Shown here one piece after another: positions 57,296-64,000 of a stretch of DNA of 64,000 bases. The DNA is from Macrostomum lignano. Taxonomy: Eukaryota. The DNA is taken from assembly GCA_002269645.1 (NCBI GenBank), contig NIVC01000201.1, positions 558,001 to 622,000 of the forward strand, written 5' to 3'. Numbering within the stretch: the stretch's first letter is position 1; each line of letters starts with the position of its first letter. The translations under genes were made by a program, and so were the position numbers. The notes beneath the pieces were generated by a model. It had not been told where the DNA came from. It was given only the letters and a program-made list of their open reading frames with translations, and searched no databases.

Positions 57296-57992
57296 CAAGG
57301 ACGACTTAAGTAGAAGGACGGGAAACCTCGTTTCTTAGAAAATTTTTGAAGGCACTTTTTCCCGAAAAAATACACTGCGGAGATAGGAAATTTTCATTTT
57401 TTCAGCACAAAAATTGCTATAACTTTTGATAGGAGGCAGATCCAGTGTTGATCTTTTGATATGTTGTGCCTTTTTTTTGCTCTATCGATATTTATAAGGT
57501 TTTTCGTTCAGAAAATTAGGATTCTATGTTAATTTTTTATTCTGCGTATATTTCCTGTTTCTAAAAATCACAAAAATGCATCACACAGCTCTAATATTTG
57601 GTTTTATGAATCTATTTTATCATCTATGTTACGACTATTTGCTATACAGTCAGGTAAGAAGGATAAAATAGACTCATAAAATCAAAGAGCCAAGCCGTGG
57701 CATTCTAATGTATTTCAAGCACAAGACACATGAAAATATACGTAGAATAAAAAATTAACATAGAATCCTAATTTTCTGAACGGAAAGCTTTATAAAGATC
57801 GATAGAGCAATAAAAAAGGCACAACATATCAAAAGATCAACACTGGATCTGCCTCCTATCAAAAGTTATAGCAATTTTTGTGCTGAAAAAATGAAAATTT
57901 CCTATCTCCGCAGTGTATTTTTTCGGGAAAAAGTGCCTTCAAAAATTTTCTAAGAAACGAGGTTTCCCGTCCTTCTACTTAAGTCGTCCTTG
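57296..57992. mobile_element. P-superfamily foldback MITE (697 bp)
   Basis: Near-perfect inverted arms of about 260 bp beginning CAAGGACGACTTAAGTAGAAGGACG; 8-bp TSD TTAAAATC (57288-57295 and 57993-58000). Confidence 0.93.
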
Positions 57993-58376
57993 TTAAAATC
58001 ATTATTGCTATTTTTTCTTTACTCAGCGAGTCGCGCACTCATTGAAAAAAGTTAATCTTAGCTGAAAATTAGTTGTAATGATTCTTATTCAGCTAATTTT
58101 GTATTCACATATACAATCGTAATCTGCGGATGTTTTGTTTGGCTTCGGCCATTTTGTTTTGTTTAGGCTTATGTTATTTTATTTTGGCCTTATTATTAGG
58201 TCTTTGGCCTCAGGCTCAGACTTACTCAGGCTTACTCTTAGACTTTAGCTTTAGGGCCTACTCTGCAGTGACGACTATATATGCCCTACATCGCTACATG
58301 GCTAAAATTACTTAAATTAGTAGCCTTATTGTTTTTCATTTTAAAGCTCAAAACTTTCATATAGCCTATATTTCAT

Positions 58377-58550
58377 AACATGCTTGGGCGCAACCTAGGG
58401 ATTCACCCGGCCGTTTCTATTGGCAACACACACATGTAAGTCGCTATTGGACAGAATAGTAGTCACGTGAATGCTCTCAGCCAATAGCGACTTACATGTG
58501 TGTGTTGCCAATAGAAACGGCCGGGTGAATCCCTAGGTTGCGCATGTATG
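58377..58550. mobile_element. Short hairpin MITE of the CATACATGCGCAAC TIR family
   Basis: Perfect ~63-bp inverted arms within 58388-58543. The right end is GTTGCGCATGTATG and the left end is degenerate. Flanks TATTTCAT / TAATTCAT match at 7 of 8 positions. Confidence 0.75.
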
Positions 58551-61500
58551 TAATTCATAAGGCCTAATATAGCCTATTATTACTACTACTAGCTAGACTA
58601 GAGTGATTGATATAGCTCATTTTGATGACTGTATGTTTTAGGGCCTATCTCTTGAAAATCTCAAGTTTAATTTTTAAAAATACAATTGCATTTTCTTTCT
58701 TTTTTCCTTGCAGCTTCCACTAATTCTCTAAAAGATATCTATAATCTATATTTTAGTTCTAGATTCAAGATGCAAAAAAGAAATTTTAATTGGGTGATTG
58801 CAAAAAACTTGTGTGACTTTGACTTTGATGAGCCTATGCCTATGTCAACTGGTGAAGTTGCAGAGCATGAGAGTTAGTTTTATTATCCATTAATGCCATC
58901 ATCAATGAAAAGTGAACTGAGCTCTGATATTGAGTTGGATTATATTGAACTAAATGGTCCTTCTTTTGAGGATTGTCTTAATGATACTAATAGTGACAAG
59001 CTTGAAGTTGAGCAAGAATAAGACTTAAATGCAATCTGAGGCATTGGCACTAATGCAACTGCTGCTAGTATTGATTCTGAAGCTGAATATGACTCCTCAA
59101 AGACTGAATTAGGCCTAAGCTTAGAGATGGAATTGTTACTATTTTTTATTCTTTTTATTATTTCCCACTCAGCTATGACCTACCTTCTTGCCCTTTTAAA
59201 GCAAAAGGGTTGTCAGTACCTCGTTCTGTTCATGCATTAACAATTTTACTATTAATCAATTCCAGGACAACACTCAACAGCTGGCTTCTAACATGCAAAA
59301 GTGACAATTTTAGCAGCACCATCCGTCGCATGGTCAGAAAAATGCTCTCGGCTGAAATGCTCACTAAAGTTAACTATAATGGCAAAGGCCTCAGCACTTT
59401 GTCGGGCTCAGAATTAAAAGACAAAGCACTCGCCTTTGGTGCCGTATTTCTGCCTATCATACGCCATAAGTTTTTTATTTGATTGTATTGTGTTTTACTG
59501 AAAGCGTAAGTTAGCTAGGTATAGATTAGGTGTATCACTACTGTAAAGAATAGTGACCACTTTTTATTCTATGTTAAATTTCATGCTTCATCAATTAGCA
59601 TGTGTTTGGTTTTATATGAACTGAGAATACATATCAATCATACTGCCTGCAGGTTCGATTCAAGTTCTTTATCCTGTTCATAAGCGGTCCAGTGACTACT
59701 ACTACTACTACTACAGGGAAGTCGAACTAGGAGTGATTGCCGCTTTGAAGCTGGGAAAAGACAGTCGCAGCCAAGCAGGCGCAGCAACCATGGCGACCAG
59801 CGAACCGCCAAAAAAGAAAAACCATCATGTCGCTTATTTTATCTCCAGTGACTCCGAGTGAGTCCAATTCCGATTAGTTAACTGCATGGATGTAGCCTTA
59901 ATGTACTTTTTTGCAATGTTAATAAACTATGTATATACTAGTAGTAGATCAATTGATTTTCTGCAAATGTAGCTCTATAGCTCTACAATCAAATGTAATC
60001 TGTAGGCTCTCATAACTTTATATTATTGTGTGTAAGATATTCTTATTAAAATTACTTTTTCATGCTTAAATTGCCAAAATTGTGTTGCCAATGGCTGAAT
60101 GGCTGAAATATTAGCAGCTAAATAATACTAAGAAACACTTTTCTTATATTTTTGTGAGAAAATAAATCGCTCGTATATCTAAAATTGTCTGTCTGCTTTT
60201 GTCATTTTTTGTATTGTAAGGTTGGGATCGAAATCAGCGTCTGCTGGAGACAAAACTAAATCATCGACTGTGCTATAATATCATCATATAATCATCAATA
60301 AAATGTACGAAGAACTAAAAATCAGAGCCCACCTTTGGGGAGACACCAAAGAAAGCAATATTTTTTGTAAAAACTACATGCAGATTTTAAGACCGTTGTA
60401 AAACCGTTGAAAATGAAGGGGATTTTCGTTGAAGTTCAACGGTGGTACAACGGATTTGTCTCGGGACATCCTCAACGGTGATACAACGGTGGGCACCAAC
60501 GTTGATCCAACGGATGCGGGAACACTGGGAAGCTACCACTTGGCTTTGTTATTCCTCGGTCAGATTCTCGCTGATGTTCACTTCTTCTTCTTCTTCTTCT
60601 TGCTTTTTGTCGCCTTTCGGCATAGCTCACCGGGAGTCCGGTGATTCACGATGGTTTTGTTTAAAGAGGTCCCACGGTTCGTTATGCCGTGGTCACTCTG
60701 CCAGGTGCGGTTTTGCTCGCGGGACGTGGTTTTCAAACGTCTGATGTTCACCTCCTGGAGCCATGCGTCTTCGTCGCCCTCGGTGACTTGCTGCACCTTG
60801 GCGGAGGCTTCCTCCGGCGGGAAGAACGTGAGGTCTGGCAGCCGTAGTGGTCTCGCAGTGCCGACTAGGGAATTGGCTCTGAGGCGAATAGCGGTCTCGC
60901 CTCTGTTGATCATCTCGATGGCGCCTTCTCCTCCGGCCAGGGTGATCAGCGCTGGGGCGGCGTCCAGGTCAGGCTGGCGTTCGCGTCTGGCTGACTGTAG
61001 TGGTTTCACTACTGCTGGCGTGCCTTGGTTGTCCTCGCCCTTCTTTGCCAGTCGGATTGGAATCCTCGCTGACGATAGCGGCGGTATCGTCGCGCTGCAG
61101 GCGATGTCTTCAGCTCGCGTGTAGCGAAGCGGGGCGGCGGTGCCGCTCTTGAAATACAGCATTCCCGCGTCGATGTCCAAGGAGCTAGCGTAGGTCTCCA
61201 GAAACTCAGCCCAGGGAGCCCACGACAACATCCTCGGGTTCAACAGAAAGGTGATCGGAGTCTCGAAATCGCCAATTTTTATTGGTATTTCTAGTTGGCC
61301 TGCCATCAGGATTGGCTCGCCGTTGTGAGGAGTGAATGACATGTATTCGGACAAATGACCCAAATTGAAAATGACAAGATTATGACACGAGTTCTCTTGT
61401 CTCAAATTTTCGGACAAATTGACCCGAAAAGAGAATGACACGATTGAGACAAGTTCCCTTGACTCAAATCTCTAGCTAACGAACGAAAAAATAGCAAAAA

Positions 61501-61552
61501 CTTTCGATTACTACTAAAAACAGTAATAGGTATGGAGGAGTCAGTAAGCATC

Positions 61553-61875
61553 TTTCGAAATCAGCGTGGCTCTGTCTATAAAAAACTCAAGTCTTAGTGA
61601 GCTAAGGCAGGCATGGAGACTGTTTAGCTGGAGACTGGAGAGCTTTAGCGGTATGTTAGAGAGTGAATAAGCAGCTTTCGAAATCAGCGTGGCTCTGTCT
61701 ATAAAAAACTCAAGTCTTAGTGAGCTAAGGCAGGCATGGAGACTGTTTAGCTGGAGACTGGAGAGCTTTAGCGGTATGTTAGAGAGTGAATAAGCAGCTT
61801 TCGAAATCAGCCTGGCTCTGTCTATAAAAAACTCAAGTCTTAGTGAGCTGAGGCAGGCATGGAGACTGTTTAGTT
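61553..61875 (+). repeat. 123-bp tandem repeat, about 2.6 copies
   Basis: TTTCGAAATCAGC restarts at 61553, 61676 and 61799. Confidence 0.95.
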
Positions 61876-62064
61876 GCAGATCTTCAATGATTAGAAATGG
61901 AGTTGGATTGAAATAGAGCAGAGGTGCATTAGAAGATATTAATAATCGAATGTCTTACCGTTTGACTCTTTGATACTCTGCAGTTTGGCTTTGGCGAGCT
62001 TGAAGTGAGTTATCTGTTTTGGCCTACGGGCTAAGGTCTGCGATCCTACACACCTGCACCCCCT

Positions 62065-62179
62065 CTATTCTGGTGCAGGAATGGCAGGAGAACTCTCTCC
62101 AAGCTGACTCGCAAGCCGACCCAGGGGTTCACGTCCCGAATGTGTTCAAGGCAGCCCTAGGGCTGCTGGACTGACTGGG
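62065..62179 (+). ncRNA. Candidate HDV/CPEB3-like self-cleaving ribozyme in the LINE 5' UTR
   Basis: P2 CCCAG (62120-62124), P3 GGG, L3 TTCACGT, P3' CCC, P1' GAATGT, P1.1 GT, P4 hairpin 62146-62170, J4/2 CTGA, P2' CTGGG. The 5' strand of P1 is only partly matched (TATTC at 62066-62070). Confidence 0.6.
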
Positions 62180-62576
62180 CTCCGGCGGCGGCAACCCATC
62201 CGTGGCCTTTTGGCCAAATTGGGTACGGGCTCCGCCCGGAAGTGCACCTGTGCGTATCAGGTACCTCTGGCCACGGCTCTGAGGAACAGGTACCACCCTC
62301 TGACCTTAACAGGGTATGCGGCCAGTCCGCAGGCTCCGGAGGCAGTCCTCCTGCTTCCCTCAAGGGCCCAGTGTAGTACCGTGCTGTTGGTCCTTTGGTT
62401 CGGCCTCTGGTTTTTCCAAGCCGGGCTCTTAGCCGGGGAGTTTCTCGGTTGCTAGCGGTCGGGCCGGTACGGGCTTAAGCCACCCCCCGGTCGCTACCTC
62501 TTGGCCTGGTTGTTGGGTTTGGGGTTACGGCCCAGCGGCTTCTCACCTTCAGTCCCCACTCGCCTTTCAGCGACTC

Positions 62577-64000
62577 ATGGAGTATTCTTTTACCTCCGAC
62601 ACGTCCGAGGCTGCTGGAGCACCAACCGAGGTTGGCACCGCGGCCCAGCCGGACATTCGCAACACCGGAACCCCCGGTGCCTCTCAATCTGCCGCTGCCG
62701 CCGCTCAGGATAATACCGGAGTGGCTGGACAAGACAGCGGACCTCAGATTTCAAAAAAGAAGGCCCGTAGCATTGCTCGCTACAAAGCCTTTCTCCAGCG
62801 CAAAACGGAGGAACGGAGGAATGCGAAAGCCGCCCCTCCGGCCACCTCTGAGGAGGGTGCCGGTAACTCTGCGAACCCCGCGGAGGAGCCGACATCCGAC
62901 AAGGGGGTGGACCCCGCACGCCGGTCTGATGCGTCAGGTGCCGCCGAAGCTCCTGGTGCGGCTGGCCCCTCCCGTGACCGGACCTCTGCCCGTGTGGAAG
63001 CTCCCACGGCCGTGGAGGGATCCAAAGCGGGGGGCGCTGGCCAAACAACAAAGCCGAAGCGAACCTACGCGGCTATGGCCAAGAGGCAGCCGGCCCTGGT
63101 TATCCAAGGCCAGGAGACGCCTCTTACGGCCGAACAGCTCGACCTTATCTGGCGCAGGTTGGACTCCCACCTGGTCAAGATGGCCTTGAGCGGCACTACC
63201 ATTCGAGTCCAAAAGACGAAAGTCGAGGACCAAGCCCTCTATATCCAGCCCGCCGACAGCCAGTCAGGACAGCAGCTCCTTGAGCTGCTGAAAACCTTCG
63301 ACTGGGGTACGGAGCTGGAGAACCTGTTCATCTACAGGGAGGACGAGCGACCCCGGACACACCGGCACCGTGCCTGGATCCCGGCTCGCAGCTGCATCAC
63401 CAAGGCCGACGAGCTGCGTCACCTGCTAGTGGCTTCCAACCCGGAGCTACCGGCCAACGGTGTCGTAGTTCACGAGACCATCTCCAAGCCGGGCGGAGAC
63501 GGTTTCACGGCTATTCTTGGACTGTCGGACAGCTGGATGCTCCGCTACCCGGACACGTCCATCATCTCTGTCGGGCTGTTGCAGATTCAGCTCTTTAGCT
63601 TTGAGTCTGACGCCACCCGCCCACCGCCCCCGGAGAAGCGTAAGCGGGCAGTCGGGGGCTCTGCCGGGCGGAAACGCCCAGGAAAAGAAGCTCCCGGTCG
63701 TCACGACCCCTCCGAGGACGTGGACCCTGTCAGAGGGAAAGCCGCGAAAGCTGCAGCAACAGGCGGACGTGGAAAGGGCCGGAAACCCGCCCGGAACACT
63801 ATCCGCTCTGGTCTGACTCAGCGCGCGAAGCAGCTGCTGGACACCGCCAAGGCCCCCAACCGCAGCCACCCCCAGCCCAGTGTCACCACTGCGGCTCCCC
63901 CGGAAAACCGGGCCGAGAGCGAGAATGCCGCCCAGGTAGCGACATCGCCCTCGACCATGGAATCCATCCGGGAGGAGCCCATGGAGCTGGAGCCTGGAGC
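62577..64000 (+). CDS. ORF1 of a LOA/R1-like non-LTR retrotransposon (DUF4780-like), running off the right edge
   Basis: ATG at 62577. No stop was found in the ~340 codons translated by hand; its absence from the ORF track is consistent with it having no stop inside the window. Translation includes TYAAMAK...RAWIP...LRHLLVASNPEL...FTAILGLSDSW...VGLLQIQL, which resembles DUF4780 ORF1 proteins. Confidence 0.7.
   Translation, partial: MEYSFTSDTSEAAGAPTEVGTAAQPDIRNTGTPGASQSAAAAAQDNTGVAGQDSGPQISKKKARSIARYKAFLQRKTEERRNAKAAPPATSEEGAGNSANPAEEPTSDKGVDPARRSDASGAAEAPGAAGPSRDRTSARVEAPTAVEGSKAGGAGQTTKPKRTYAAMAKRQPALVIQGQETPLTAEQLDLIWRRLDSHLVKMALSGTTIRVQKTKVEDQALYIQPADSQSGQQLLELLKTFDWGTELENLFIYREDERPRTHRHRAWIPARSCITKADELRHLLVASNPELPANGVVVHETISKPGGDGFTAILGLSDSWMLRYPDTSIISVGLLQIQLFSFESDATRPPPPEKRKRAVGGSAGRKRPGKEAPGRHDPSEDVDPVRGKAAKAAATGGRGKGRKPARNTIRSGLTQRAKQLLDTAKAPNRSHPQPSVTTAAPPENRAESENAAQVATSPSTMESIREEPMELEPG

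Larger units (their letters stand above)
56652..60529. mobile_element. Second CCC-terminated CACTA/EnSpm-type element, inserted in Gypsy pol
   Basis: TIR CCCAGTGTTCCCGCAT(T/C)CGTTGGATCAACG at both ends with a 2-bp AA TSD. Removing it restores ...SQVVA-LLKKYKNIF in pol. It contains a DUF4806-like remnant near 59290-59470. Confidence 0.88.
54419..61341 (-). mobile_element. Ty3/Gypsy LTR retrotransposon internal region (protease C-half, RT, RNase H), interrupted and deleted
   Basis: ORF 60578-61441 (protease tail and dUTPase-like spacer), ORF 56168-56650 (LRVVIDFCSLN, FSTFDLNSGYYQI) and ORF 55332-56183 (MPMGLSSAPASFQR, AYLDDVIV, TLDTDAS..IGA, ELLAVV, TDHRAL, RW...L.EFDFEI). Frameshifts are present. 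Confidence 0.93.

Overview
Eukaryotic (animal) genomic DNA with spliceosomal introns, GC-rich poly-Q/poly-S coding exons and very dense 16-40 bp minisatellites. The style suggests a Macrostomum-like flatworm, but that is inference only. Four host genes, all on the minus strand, can be assembled with in-frame GT-AG junctions: a KLF2/4-type C2H2 factor (2 coding exons, 328 aa), Gadd45 (4 exons, about 175 aa), an otopetrin proton channel (8 exons, 701 aa) and a MARK/PAR-1 kinase (9 exons, 828 aa). The rest is mobile DNA: a CCC-ended CACTA/EnSpm element with a spliced transposase and an orphan gene, a MITE of that family, a THAP-bearing P-superfamily element plus a P-type foldback MITE (both with 8-bp TSDs), a Tc1/mariner carrying two hAT-type MITEs, a decayed mariner, a tRNA/CORE SINE, an RTEX-like LINE, a Gypsy element with nested insertions, and the 5' end of a LOA/R1-like LINE. 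The most notable observations are: (1) an apparent intron created by tandem duplication of an AG|GT site in the transposase; (2) a KLF upstream module (GCTTATATAC-N5-MEF2) arranged like the vertebrate KLF2 flow-response element, as recalled from memory; (3) a CPEB3/HDV-like ribozyme core in the LINE 5' UTR; (4) a MITE supplying the 3' splice-site region of the last MARK exon. All gene models and motif calls were made by eye and are unverified computationally.
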